NCBI GenBank assembly: GCA_041658985.1
Contig: JBAZZC010000006.1
Location: forward strand, 2,369-66,368
Origin: Minisyncoccota bacterium
Lineage (GTDB): Bacteria > Patescibacteriota > Minisyncoccia > Phycocordibacterales > DATDWN01
DNA length: 64,000 nucleotides
Reading direction: 5' to 3'
In this document: positions 1-9,370 of the stretch, piece after piece
Position numbering within the stretch: the stretch's first letter is position 1
Layout of the letters: every line of letters starts with the position of its first letter
Translations under genes and position numbers: made by a program
The notes under the pieces: model-generated
Databases searched by the model: none
What the model was told of the DNA's origin: nothing
Seen by the model: the letters and a program-made list of their open reading frames with translations, nothing else

Positions 1-108
1 TGCGACGAACCAATCGGACTCAAAAGGCTCGAGGCTCTACCTGAAGCAAGTCGCTGTGTGACCTGCGAAGAGAAATTCGAGGAAGACAAACAACAGCACT
101 AGCCTGCC
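1..108 (+). CDS. 3' end of a DksA/TraR-family C4 zinc-finger protein (partial at window edge, GC-rich)
   Basis: Frame 3 reads ...CVTCEEKFEEDKQQH*. The CxxC spacing matches a TraR/DksA C-terminus. GC-rich, unlike the surrounding genome. A hairpin plus T-run terminator follows at ~150-215. Confidence 0.35.
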
Positions 109-224
109 CAAGTACACTTGGGGGTGTTCCGGACCGGATCCCAGCCCGGCTCCGGAGCACTCCACCCCGCACACGCCTCGTCGGCTAACCAAAATCGGCC
201 GATGAGGTTTTTGTTATTTATCCG

Positions 225-253
225 CAGGCTAACTAGTGATATAATAATCTAAG
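225..253 (+). repeat. Solo arm of the TTATCCGCACAC-type inverted-repeat family (copy F), carrying an extended -10 TGATATAAT
   Basis: TTTATCCGCAGGCTAACTAGTGATATAAT resembles the arms of copies A-E and the sequence at 29311-29339. No partner arm is visible in the window. Confidence 0.4.
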
Positions 254-273
254 TTATAAATTAAATTAACTTT

Positions 274-2043
274 ATGTATAAAAAATTAATTTTTCTTGTC
301 CTTTTTGCTTTTTTGTCTGCCTACGCAGGCGGACCGTTATCTCTTTTTGCCGCTTCGGCTTCTATTGATTATTTCTATACCAGTACAACCGTCCCCGTCG
401 GCACTCAAATTTTCTTTAGAGTCAACCCCTTAGGCTTTCCTGGTTCTATTGTGTATTCAGTCACTGATTCCCTTTCCGGGTCCAGCGTCTCCAATTCACG
501 TATAGATAGCTATGGGTCATTTGTTTGGACACCAACCTTACAGGACGTCGGCACTCACAATATTATTATCAACTTGTCAGATTCATCCGGAAATACTGCC
601 TCTGTTACTCAACAAATAACAGTGCCTTTTGTACCCACTGTTGTAATCCAAAACCTTTTTCCCAGCACCTCGGTTAACGCCAAACAAACCGTTTTCTTTA
701 ACGCTTTTGCAACAGGATTTACAAACCCAACCTATTATGCCAGTGACTCTGTTTATAATTCAAGCATGACCGCAACAAACATGAACGCTTCTGGTGGTTT
801 CAGTTGGACACCCAGAGAATTTGATGCGGGAAGTCATGTTATTACCGTACTAGTAACAGACAGCGCCGGACACAGAGCCACTGCCACACAAACTATTACT
901 GTCGGAGTAGCCACTACGACCATAACGTTACTTTCTCCAGGAAATACAGTCGCCTCCAAACAAAATGTTACTTTTAAAGTTACCCCCACAGGTTTTACAA
1001 ACCCCACCCATGCAGTATCTGATTCTGTTTCGGGAAGTAGTATTGGTAATGGAAACATAAACGGTCTTGGGATTTTTAGTTGGACCCCCACTATAAATGA
1101 TTTAGGTACCCATCTAATTACAATAAAAACAAGTGATACCTCTGGAAATACCTCAACTATTTCACAACAAATAACCGTGACCAGTCCAAAAATAGAAATT
1201 TTATCTGTAAACCCTGGCACAGCCGTTAATGTTGGAACTATCCTATCTTTCATTGCGACTTCAACTGGATTAACAAACCCAAATTACACAATTACTGATT
1301 CATTGAGTGGAACAAGTGTCTCTAAGAGCAGTAGAGCCACAACTGGTGGCTTCTCTTGGACTCCAAAAGGTAACGACTTGGGGTCGCACACCATAAGAAT
1401 ATTGGCCATGGATAATTATGGTAGTAGTGCAAATGGAGAGGTGTTAGTAACAGTCAAACCGCAAACAAATGCAGTAATTTCTTATCCTGCAGGTAGCGGA
1501 ATTGTAACCCCCCCAACAAATACTAAGACCACAGTCACAAATTATACCTTTAAAAAATATCTTTCTCTTGGGTCATCCGGTGCTGATGTTTCTGCACTAC
1601 AGACCATTCTAAAACAAAAAGGATTTTTGTCTGGAGATATTACTGGATATTATGGAAATCTAACGACAAAAGCTGTTAGAGATTTTCAGTTGTCAAAAGG
1701 TCTAGAACAAGCTGGAGTTATAGGCCCAAGAACAAGAGTGGCGTTAAATAGCTTGAGTAATACTACAACTACTTCAACTCCCCCAACCACATCAGCGACC
1801 CCAGGAGCAGGAACAAACACTGCAAAATACACATTTACTAAACCATTAACGATAGGTTCGGCCGGCACCGAAGTGTTTGAGTTACAAAAAAAATTAACCA
1901 GTCTAGGTCTATATTCTGGGCCAATTACTGGAACATATAACTCATTAACCTGGGAGGCAGTTAAAAAATTCCAATCTCAACATAACCTAGAACAAGTTGG
2001 GAGTATTGGGCCGGGCACAAGAAACGCCCTAAATAATAACTAA
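274..2043 (+). CDS. Secreted cell-surface protein with a signal peptide, four tandem ~110-aa Ig-like repeats and two C-terminal peptidoglycan-binding (PG_binding_1-like) domains
   Basis: 589-aa ORF with a hydrophobic N-terminus. The repeat motif GFTNPTY...SDS.SGSS...GGFSWTP..DLG.H.I occurs four times. The C-terminus has two copies of L.LGS.G..V..LQ..L...G.....ITG.Y...T..AV..FQ... Confidence 0.7.
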   Translation: MYKKLIFLVLFAFLSAYAGGPLSLFAASASIDYFYTSTTVPVGTQIFFRVNPLGFPGSIVYSVTDSLSGSSVSNSRIDSYGSFVWTPTLQDVGTHNIIINLSDSSGNTASVTQQITVPFVPTVVIQNLFPSTSVNAKQTVFFNAFATGFTNPTYYASDSVYNSSMTATNMNASGGFSWTPREFDAGSHVITVLVTDSAGHRATATQTITVGVATTTITLLSPGNTVASKQNVTFKVTPTGFTNPTHAVSDSVSGSSIGNGNINGLGIFSWTPTINDLGTHLITIKTSDTSGNTSTISQQITVTSPKIEILSVNPGTAVNVGTILSFIATSTGLTNPNYTITDSLSGTSVSKSSRATTGGFSWTPKGNDLGSHTIRILAMDNYGSSANGEVLVTVKPQTNAVISYPAGSGIVTPPTNTKTTVTNYTFKKYLSLGSSGADVSALQTILKQKGFLSGDITGYYGNLTTKAVRDFQLSKGLEQAGVIGPRTRVALNSLSNTTTTSTPPTTSATPGAGTNTAKYTFTKPLTIGSAGTEVFELQKKLTSLGLYSGPITGTYNSLTWEAVKKFQSQHNLEQVGSIGPGTRNALNNN

Positions 2044-2607
2044 TTATACTAATTTTTGTTCAGTGTGACTATGTATATCTCCAACTTTATTTTGGTGACT
2101 AAATATTATTCTACGAACTTCTTCTGGATGCCTAACGGTTGTCATATTAAATTCCTGACTATTTTCACTGGCAGTTTGAACTCTAATGTTTCCGAACTTT
2201 AAAAAAGTTGGGATAAAACCCTGAACATCTAATGTAACATCCTGTATTCTATCAAAACGCAGATTTGAAACCTCTCTATGAAAAATGTTTTTTTGGTCAA
2301 TTATAATAATACGTTTTTCCGTTACATACCAAACATCTAAATAGTATTTTGTCCATTCAACAAAAAAGGAAATCCACAGAAAAAGTAACCACAGTGTATA
2401 AAAAAATAAAAAAAGAGCATATTTATTTCCATAAAAATTTATATTAAAAAATTCAGGAATAAATATTTCAACTATCTTAAATAAGATAATCGGCAAAAGA
2501 GCAGCAAATAGCAAAACTGTGGCATAACCCACAAAAACGATCCAGTGTTTACGAACTTCAAAGACAACATGCTCGTCCGACTCTAGATGTAGTGCTTTGT
2601 ATAACAT
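2044..2607 (-). CDS. Membrane protein with a bPH_2/YdbT-like (membrane-flanked PH) domain
   Basis: 187-aa ORF with two TM helices followed by a soluble domain. It abuts the upstream stop with no gap. Confidence 0.5.
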   Translation of the reverse strand: MLYKALHLESDEHVVFEVRKHWIVFVGYATVLLFAALLPIILFKIVEIFIPEFFNINFYGNKYALFLFFYTLWLLFLWISFFVEWTKYYLDVWYVTEKRIIIIDQKNIFHREVSNLRFDRIQDVTLDVQGFIPTFLKFGNIRVQTASENSQEFNMTTVRHPEEVRRIIFSHQNKVGDIHSHTEQKLV

Positions 2608-2609
2608 GA

Positions 2610-2858
2610 TTAGTAATAATTTAAAGCTATAGTGGAAATCACAAACAAAGTTACCGATACTATTACAAATGTAGTCTCAGCAAGAATAACCTTAGCACTA
2701 TACATTCCATATTCAGACCAGTGATAGATAAGAGCCGCAGAGACAATCACATATAAAACAAAAAAGAGTCCTAAAACAATAGGAAGAATTGGTGTGGTAC
2801 TAAAAAAGGATGACATAAAATTTGGAAGTGCTGGAATTATGAATGGTGGTGGTTCCAT
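2610..2858 (-). CDS. Small integral membrane protein (start trimmed to MEPPPF)
   Basis: ORF 2610-2909. The extension beyond Met18 runs into repeat arm G, so the start is trimmed. Three predicted TM segments. Confidence 0.4.
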   Translation of the reverse strand: MEPPPFIIPALPNFMSSFFSTTPILPIVLGLFFVLYVIVSAALIYHWSEYGMYSAKVILAETTFVIVSVTLFVISTIALNYY

Positions 2859-2864
2859 ATAAAT

Positions 2865-3005
2865 ATTTATCCGCACACTAATTTTGCCATTGTTTTCAAT
2901 ATTCTGCAACAGAACCCTGTATAAATTCGACTTGAACTGTTTGCGTCAAAAAAATAGAAAGCCATGTTGAAAACCAGAATGATGGCAAATTTAGTGTTCG
3001 GATAT
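2865..3005. repeat. Paired-arm inverted-repeat element, family 1 copy G
   Basis: Left arm TTTATCCGCACACTAATTTTGCCATTGTTTT pairs with right arm AATGATGGCAAATTTAGTGTTCGGATA across a ~75-nt AT-rich spacer. It lies between the DedA stop and the small membrane ORF start, 7 nt from the ATG. Confidence 0.6.
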
Positions 3006-3021
3006 ACCAAATAAAGAAAAA

Positions 3022-3618
3022 CTATTCACTTTTGATAAGATACTTTTTAGCAAGCTTGCTAGATATTATAAACGAAAGAACAACAATAATAATACTTATT
3101 ACAATAAACCCAATAATATTTAGATACCCGTCTATTTTTATATATGAACTACCAATATAATACCCCAAAAACAACAAAGCAGAAGTTTTTAGAATAGTCA
3201 TTATTAAATTAATCCAAAGATATTGAAGGAAATTAACTTTAGCAATTCCCGCTGTTATCTGTATTACCGTACCCGTACCATGAAAAAATTTTGCCGCAAG
3301 GAGTGTCTTGATTTTGTGCTTTCTAAAGTGATTCTCCAAAAACTCCTCACTATTTTCATCATAGCCAAACCAGGACCCGTGTTTTTTTATCCAGACAGAC
3401 TTTTGCCAATATCTACCAACAACATAATGTAATACATCTCCCGTTAAATCACCCACAGCCAACAAAATATAAACTATATAAATATTCAACAAACCCAAAT
3501 AAATAAAAAAGCCAGAAATAACCGTGACGATTGGGCCTTCAAACACTGCGATTGGAAAAATCAGTAAGTATTTATATTGTTCTAAAAAAAACGAAATATC
3601 CGATGAGGATAAAAACAT
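3022..3618 (-). CDS. DedA/SNARE-associated family membrane protein
   Basis: 198 aa, multi-TM, with the DedA-like motif VTVISGFFIYLG...GDLTGDVLHY. Confidence 0.7.
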   Translation of the reverse strand: MFLSSSDISFFLEQYKYLLIFPIAVFEGPIVTVISGFFIYLGLLNIYIVYILLAVGDLTGDVLHYVVGRYWQKSVWIKKHGSWFGYDENSEEFLENHFRKHKIKTLLAAKFFHGTGTVIQITAGIAKVNFLQYLWINLIMTILKTSALLFLGYYIGSSYIKIDGYLNIIGFIVISIIIVVLSFIISSKLAKKYLIKSE

Positions 3619-3788
3619 ACTAAAATAATGACAATTATATAGATAAAAAGCAAGTAGAAAAATTAAATTGACTTATGGAAAAAAATTTGCTTTAATTGGC
3701 CTATCAACTGGCTCTGGGGCCTTTTTTAAATTGAACTGTATCTTTTGATTTGAAGATTTGGATGCAGTTCGCGAAAGACGAAAAAAAT

Positions 3789-3830
3789 ATGACGAGCTTT
3801 ACTCGTCGTAAAGTGAGGAATGTTTTTTGA
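3789..3830 (+). promoter_or_regulatory. 13-codon upstream ORF (MTSFTRRKVRNVF) overlapping a perfect hairpin in the typA leader
   Basis: ATG at 3789 and TGA at 3828. Codons 2-7 form the hairpin GACGAGCTTTACTCGTC. A TTGACT -35-like motif sits ~100 nt upstream. Confidence 0.25.
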
Positions 3831-3870
3831 AGTCCGACAAAGAAATGCGCCAAATATACAAATCAAACAT

Positions 3871-5673
3871 ATGGAAATTAGAAACATAGCTATCATAGCC
3901 CACGTAGATCACGGCAAGACCACACTGACTGATGCTCTTATGCGTCAAACAGGAATGGTCACAGAAGAAAACGTGACAATGGATTCAAATGCACTTGAAC
4001 TAGAACGAGGTATTACTATTTATGCAAAAAACACATCCATTTATTATCCGTCCCAAAACTCCGGTAGAGAAGTAACAAAAATAAACATTGTAGATACTCC
4101 AGGGCACTCTGATTTTGGTTCAGAGGTGGAGCGAGTGCTTCGTTCTATTGATACAGTTTTACTTTTAGTTGATGCTCAGGAAGGACCAATGCCTCAAACA
4201 AGATTTGTTTTAAAAAAATCTCTAGAACTAGGATTAAAACCAATTGTTATAATAAACAAAATTGATAAGCCCGCATCCAGACCAGAAGAAGTCCACGAAC
4301 TTGTTCTTGAACTTTTTATGGAGCTCGGAGCAAATGATGAACAGCTAAACTTCACAACTGTCTACGCAATAGGGCGAGATGGAATAGCTAAGATGAAGTT
4401 AGAAGATGAGAGTAAAGATTTGACTCCCCTACTAGAGACAATTCTAGGGGAAGTTCCACCTGCCTCTGGTGACAAAAATCTTCCAGCCAGACTTCAGTCT
4501 TTCAATTTATCATATGACAACTTTCTCGGACGACTTGCTGTTTGTCGAGTATACGAAGGCACAATAAAAAACGGCGATGCTGTTTTTGTTAAACAACATG
4601 AGGGAGGAAAAATTATTCCAGGAAAATTGACAAAGCTTTTTAGTTTTGAGGGAATAAAAAGAAAAGAAATAGAAGAAGCTGTGGCTGGAGATATTGTTAT
4701 GATAGCCGGATTGCCTTCGGTCTATATTGGAGACACAATTTGTAAAGATGAAAACGCAGAGATGCTTCCCTCTATTAACATAGACGAACCAACAATCTCT
4801 CTCAATTTTTTGGTTAATGACTCCCCCTTTGCCGGAAGAGAAGGAAAATATGTGACAGGAAGACAAATCCGAGAAAGACTAGAAAAAGAACTAGAAATAA
4901 ATGTTGGTCTGAAAATTGACTGGAATGATAATTCTCCGTCAATTGGTTATACAGTTTACGGCCGTGGCGAATTACATATTGCCATCCTTCTTGAAAACAT
5001 GCGCCGAGAAGGTTATGAACTTCAAGTGTCACAACCAAAAGTTATCATAAAAGAAAAGGATGGAGTACAACTTGAACCATTTGAGGAAGTAACCATAGAT
5101 GTTCCCGAGGAATTGGCTAGTTCTGTTATATCAAAACTGACCGAAAGAAGAGGAATTCTCATGAATGTAAAGAAAACCCACGGGCACCAGAGAGTAATTT
5201 TTGAAATCCCAACCAGAGGACTTTTGGGTTATAGAGGACAATTTATTGTAGATACAAAGGGTCTGGGAATATTAGCCTCTAGGTTTGTAGAATTTCGTCC
5301 ATATGTCGGTGAGATAAAACGCACAAGTTATGGCTCTATGGTTTCAATGGAAAGTGGTAAGGTTTTGGCTTTTGCACTAGATAATCTCCAACAAAGAGGC
5401 ACTCTTTACGTTGAGCCTGGGGTTGAGGTCTATATTGGAATGGTGATAGGAAATGTTTCCAAGGGTGATGACTTGTCAGTCAACCCAACAAAAGGCAAAC
5501 AACTATCAAACATGCGGGCTTCCGGTTCAGATGATAAAGTCTATCTTGCCGCAACATATAAATTAGATATTGAAAAAGCTATGGAGACAATGAATGCCGA
5601 TGAGTTTATAGAAATTACTCCAAAATCAGTGCGTCTCAGAAAAAAAATAGTAAAGAAACCACTACCTAAGTAG
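3871..5673 (+). CDS. typA: GTP-binding translational GTPase TypA/BipA (start moved to MEIRNIAIIAHVDHGKTT)
   Basis: G1-G4 GTPase motifs (AHVDHGKTTL, DTPGH, NKID), EF-G-like domains and a BipA-type C-terminus. The ORF upstream of Met18 is read-through. Confidence 0.9.
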   Translation: MEIRNIAIIAHVDHGKTTLTDALMRQTGMVTEENVTMDSNALELERGITIYAKNTSIYYPSQNSGREVTKINIVDTPGHSDFGSEVERVLRSIDTVLLLVDAQEGPMPQTRFVLKKSLELGLKPIVIINKIDKPASRPEEVHELVLELFMELGANDEQLNFTTVYAIGRDGIAKMKLEDESKDLTPLLETILGEVPPASGDKNLPARLQSFNLSYDNFLGRLAVCRVYEGTIKNGDAVFVKQHEGGKIIPGKLTKLFSFEGIKRKEIEEAVAGDIVMIAGLPSVYIGDTICKDENAEMLPSINIDEPTISLNFLVNDSPFAGREGKYVTGRQIRERLEKELEINVGLKIDWNDNSPSIGYTVYGRGELHIAILLENMRREGYELQVSQPKVIIKEKDGVQLEPFEEVTIDVPEELASSVISKLTERRGILMNVKKTHGHQRVIFEIPTRGLLGYRGQFIVDTKGLGILASRFVEFRPYVGEIKRTSYGSMVSMESGKVLAFALDNLQQRGTLYVEPGVEVYIGMVIGNVSKGDDLSVNPTKGKQLSNMRASGSDDKVYLAATYKLDIEKAMETMNADEFIEITPKSVRLRKKIVKKPLPK

Positions 5674-5778
5674 TAAAATCTAGAATTTCTATTGATTTTT
5701 ATTAAGAAGATGACCTCACCACACGCCGGAGTGTTGTAGTGCGTGCGATGAGGCCATTTTCTCTACAAGAACTGGGGG

Positions 5779-6102
5779 CTAGTGCTGACGGACGGCATAT
5801 CGCCACCGGTGGTTTAATCTCACGGGTGCTTGCCGTGGCCGAGTAAAGACCAAAAGAAACTGCTCGGCCCGCCTTTTCTCATCTTTTTCCAGTCGTTCCA
5901 CAGCGAAAAGCACGGCGACAATCCTGCCAAGTGGCTCCTGAGGAAACTTGTACGCCTCCCCATGCTCCACATCGCGCACGACTTCTCTTTCCACGTGCGC
6001 AAGCTCGGCGAGTTCAACCCGACTGATTGAGGGATACCTCTCTCTCCCACACCGAACAATATGACCAAACGCCCTCACGACCCGAACCATCGCCTTTGAC
6101 AT
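5779..6102 (-). CDS. GC-rich cassette gene: Xre-family helix-turn-helix regulator
   Basis: SISRVELAELAHVEREVVRDVEHGEAYKFPQEPLGRIVAVL matches the Xre HTH signature. RBS GGGGG lies before the ATG at 6102. A TTGCAA/TGATAAT promoter-like pair lies upstream and a hairpin downstream. ~60% GC. Confidence 0.5.
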   Translation of the reverse strand: MSKAMVRVVRAFGHIVRCGRERYPSISRVELAELAHVEREVVRDVEHGEAYKFPQEPLGRIVAVLFAVERLEKDEKRRAEQFLLVFTRPRQAPVRLNHRWRYAVRQH

Positions 6103-6173
6103 GCGACCCCCACGATTAGATGCCACACTCCACTTACAATCAAATCATTATCACAAAAACTTTGCAAACACAT

Positions 6174-6938
6174 TTATAAACAGTCATTTATATCAAACTC
6201 TCCAATACGTGTTCTTTTTATGTGAAAAGTTGTGGCAATAGCATCAAAAACCCCAGCAAAATCGGAGACAAGTTGTCTAACATAAAAACCACTTGATGCA
6301 GACATTGAGATTTGATCTATAACAAAATCTTTTTCCAAATTATTTACCAAAATTTCTACCCATTTGTTTAAAATTTCTTTCTGTCTGAAATCCCCAATAA
6401 CCAATTTAATTTTTGCTTTAACATCATTTAATAAATCACTACCCTTGATTGTCCTCCTAGAGATATGACCGGCTTCAAATATCTCAACCTCGTGTTTTGG
6501 TATCTCTATTTCATGAAGTTTTCCGCTTCTGGCCCAAGTTAAAAGAGGTACTCCGTTTACTGGTTTGGATGAATAGGCCGGATATTTTTGTTCAAATTTA
6601 CCAACTAGCTCTTCAACGGCTTTCTTGACCTCCACCGTTGTGGGTATACTTAATTCTTTTGTAGAAACAAGACCAAGCAAATCCAAGGTGTCGGTCGAAA
6701 ATCCCCAAAGTATTTCAAAAACATATGTTTTTTTTAAATCCAAATATTTTTCTTTTTCAAGAATTTCGACACCAGACAAGACCAAAAGAAGCCCCTCGGC
6801 AATTGGGTCAAGACGACCAGCATAGGTCATGGGAACATCAAAATATGCCTTATTTTCCATCTTAAATCTCATGACGGCCTGATTCGGTGTCTCCCCCAGT
6901 TTCTTGTATAATAAATGTTGACCACTATTTTTTTCCAT
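6174..6938 (-). CDS. truB: tRNA pseudouridine(55) synthase TruB (start trimmed to MEKNSG)
   Basis: Catalytic motif AGRLDPIAEGLL, TruB N-terminal domain and a PUA-like C-terminus. The ORF extension reads into repeat arm A. Confidence 0.8.
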   Translation of the reverse strand: MEKNSGQHLLYKKLGETPNQAVMRFKMENKAYFDVPMTYAGRLDPIAEGLLLVLSGVEILEKEKYLDLKKTYVFEILWGFSTDTLDLLGLVSTKELSIPTTVEVKKAVEELVGKFEQKYPAYSSKPVNGVPLLTWARSGKLHEIEIPKHEVEIFEAGHISRRTIKGSDLLNDVKAKIKLVIGDFRQKEILNKWVEILVNNLEKDFVIDQISMSASSGFYVRQLVSDFAGVFDAIATTFHIKRTRIGEFDINDCL

Positions 6939-6951
6939 ATACTCTGATACA

Positions 6952-7099
6952 ATTAATCCGAACACTAACTTTAGCATCGTTGCCTAGTGTTTTCGTATAT
7001 TATTACCCAATTTGATATTTACTATAGAATAATACATAGTTAATACTAAATAACAAGCAACAGTAAAAACACAATGCTAAAGTTAGTGTGCGGATAAAT
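6952..7099. repeat. Paired-arm inverted-repeat element, family 1 copy A (between divergent truB and hisS)
   Basis: Arms TTAATCCGAACACTAACTTTAGCATCGTTG and CAATGCTAAAGTTAGTGTGCGGATAAAT. The right arm ends 1 nt before the hisS ATG. The spacer is AT-rich with outward promoter-like hexamers. Confidence 0.65.
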
Positions 7100-8386
7100 A
7101 TGAGCAATAAATCAAAATTAAGCACAGAGAGTTATAAGGGGGTTAGGGATTTTTATCCTGAGGATTTATTTATTCAAAATTATATTTTTAACACCTGGCG
7201 GAGGGTTGTGGAAAGTTTTGGCTACACAGAATACAGTGCTTCAGTACTGGAACCAGCTGAACTTTACAAAGCTAAAACTGGAGAAGAAATCGTTAACGAA
7301 CAAACTTACACCTTTACTGACCGTGGAAAACGAGAGGTAACTTTGCGTCCCGAAATGACTCCAACTGTTGCCCGAATGGTTGCCCAAAAACAACATGATT
7401 TGGTTTTTCCTCTGCGTTGGTATTCAATACCAAATCTTTTCCGATATGAGAAACCACAAAAGGGGCGCCTGCGAGAACACTGGCAATTAAATGTGGATAT
7501 TTTTGGAGTTGATTCTAATTATGCTGATATTGAAATAATCACTATCGCCCACCGAATAATGAAAGGCTTTGGAGCAAAGGATGATGACTTCGTAATAAAA
7601 ATCAATAATAGAAAAATAATAAATGCTTTGTATAAAAAATTTGATTTAGATGAAGAAAAATCCCACAAAGTCTCAAAAATTATAGACAAAAAAAATAAGA
7701 TTTCTGTTGCCGGCTTTGAAGAAGCCCTGACAGAAATTATGGGTGAAAGAGCCTTAGAGTTTATTACATCCATGGAATCAAACGAAAAACTAATTGAGGC
7801 CCTAGGAAGTAATAACAAATATACAAATGAACTGGCTTCCCTCATTGAACAACTTCAGGACTCTGGAGTAACAAACATTACTTTTGACCCAACACTTATG
7901 CGTGGCTTTGATTATTATACAGATATGGTTTTTGAGGTTTTTGATTTACACCCAGATAACAACAGGTCGGTTTTTGGGGGTGGCAGATACAATGACCTTT
8001 TGGACATCTTTGGGGCACCAAAAGTACCCGCAGTCGGATTTGGAGCTGGAGACGTAACGATAAGAGACTTTATGGAAACACACGGCCTAACACCCAAGTA
8101 TAAAAAAACTATTGACCTTTATATTTGCACTACCGAAACTAAATATGTAAAAGAGGCAAATAAACTGGCCAATAATTTACGACAAAACGGTTTGAATGTA
8201 GCTGTAGATTTTAGTGACAAAAAACTCGGTGACCAGGTCAAGACAGCCCACAAACAAAATATTCCTTATGTTATTTGTGTTGGTGAAGATGAGGTAAAAT
8301 CTGGTCTGTATAAAGTAAAAAATATGGATACTGGTGAGGAAGTAAAGGCAAGGATAGATGAGATAGTGAATGCTATTAAAAAATAG
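7100..8386 (+). CDS. hisS: Histidyl-tRNA synthetase
   Basis: Class II motifs (RPEMTPTVAR, FRYEKPQKGR, GGGRYD) and a C-terminal anticodon-binding domain. Confidence 0.9.
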   Translation: MSNKSKLSTESYKGVRDFYPEDLFIQNYIFNTWRRVVESFGYTEYSASVLEPAELYKAKTGEEIVNEQTYTFTDRGKREVTLRPEMTPTVARMVAQKQHDLVFPLRWYSIPNLFRYEKPQKGRLREHWQLNVDIFGVDSNYADIEIITIAHRIMKGFGAKDDDFVIKINNRKIINALYKKFDLDEEKSHKVSKIIDKKNKISVAGFEEALTEIMGERALEFITSMESNEKLIEALGSNNKYTNELASLIEQLQDSGVTNITFDPTLMRGFDYYTDMVFEVFDLHPDNNRSVFGGGRYNDLLDIFGAPKVPAVGFGAGDVTIRDFMETHGLTPKYKKTIDLYICTTETKYVKEANKLANNLRQNGLNVAVDFSDKKLGDQVKTAHKQNIPYVICVGEDEVKSGLYKVKNMDTGEEVKARIDEIVNAIKK

Positions 8387-8409
8387 TCTCAAATTTTAAA
8401 TAATATTTT

Positions 8410-8576
8410 AGACACGTATAAATCACTGGTGTGATTTTACTATGCTCGTCAATCAAGAAAACAATCTTCCTCAGTACTGGCCCTCTCGCAAACTCCTCGT
8501 TGAGTACAACTTCGTCAAACAGTGCTTCGGGCTGGCGTACTTCGTCGTTGTTTTCTAATTGACTGTGCAATGTCTA
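8410..8576 (-). repeat. Copy 1 of a duplicated ~160-nt GC-moderate structured element (candidate ncRNA or MITE)
   Basis: ~90% identical to 47493-47646 on the opposite strand, with one 19-vs-10-nt indel. Terminal complementarity GTCAATTAGAAAACAA / TTGTTTTCTTGATTGAC. Confidence 0.5.
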
Positions 8577-8628
8577 AAATATCACTTAAAATTTTGCGAA
8601 CGGTTAGGTTCACTGTTATACTGACAAT

Positions 8629-9210
8629 ATGAAAAAAATTGTTTTTGATATTGAAACAAAAAATATATTTCAGGATGTCGGGTCAAGTGACCCAGTTGAT
8701 TTAGATATCTCCCTAGTCGGAGTTTATGATTATGAAACAAATAAGTACGACAGTTTCCTGCAAGAGGATTTTGATAAGCTGTGGGACCTAATAAAAAAGA
8801 CAGATATGTTTATAACCTTCAACGGTGACCATTTTGATATTCCCCTGCTCAATAAATACTATAAAAAAGCCGGTCACGGAGACCTCTCAAAAATTCGTTC
8901 GCTGGATTTGCTTAAAGAAATCAGAAACTGCTACGGTCGGAGAATGAAACTAGACCAAATAGCCCAAGGCACTTTCGGAGCTGGAAAAAGCGGAGATGGA
9001 CTAGAGGCGGTAGCCTGGTGGCGAAACGGAGAAATAGAGAAAATAAGAAAATATTGTCTGGACGACGTCCGTCTGACCAAAGATGTCTACGAGTATGCCC
9101 TAAAAAATAAGAAACTAATCTTCAAAGAAGGGCCTTTTACAAAAGAAATCAAATTGGATACCAAACATTGGGAGCCAGTATCAGAAGTTAAAACGCAGAG
9201 TTTGTTTTAG
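8629..9210 (+). CDS. Stand-alone DnaQ/PolB-exonuclease-like 3'-5' exonuclease (RNase H fold)
   Basis: Exo I motif FDIET and Exo II-like motif ITFNGDHFDIP. TTGCGA-17-TATACT promoter upstream. Confidence 0.5.
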   Translation: MKKIVFDIETKNIFQDVGSSDPVDLDISLVGVYDYETNKYDSFLQEDFDKLWDLIKKTDMFITFNGDHFDIPLLNKYYKKAGHGDLSKIRSLDLLKEIRNCYGRRMKLDQIAQGTFGAGKSGDGLEAVAWWRNGEIEKIRKYCLDDVRLTKDVYEYALKNKKLIFKEGPFTKEIKLDTKHWEPVSEVKTQSLF

Positions 9211-9235
9211 GTAAAAATCTTTTTTTCATCACAAT

Positions 9236-9370
9236 CTTTTCAGAGCAACCCTAAGAAATTCCAGCGAATTTCTTAAGGCCAGTCCTCACCCTCTATCTGT
9301 CAAGAGCCCTCGCTTTGCTCGGGTCTATGACAGAACCATGCTAGAGGGTTGCGGGGTCTCTGAAAAAATT
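9236..9370 (+). ncRNA. Candidate structured RNA element (multi-stem, strand uncertain)
   Basis: Closing helix CAGAGCAACCCT...AGGGTTGC(GGGGT)CTCTG. Internal perfect hairpin AAGAAATTC-CAGC-GAATTTCTT and nested stem CTGTCA...TGACAG. No family recognised. Confidence 0.25.

Noticed and set aside
8376-8570. Peptide MHSQLENNDEVRQPEALF... encoded by the duplicated 160-nt element
   Set aside because: There is no ATG (only a TTG at the element boundary) and no SD in either copy. The in-frame indel is noted, but a structured RNA or MITE is preferred.
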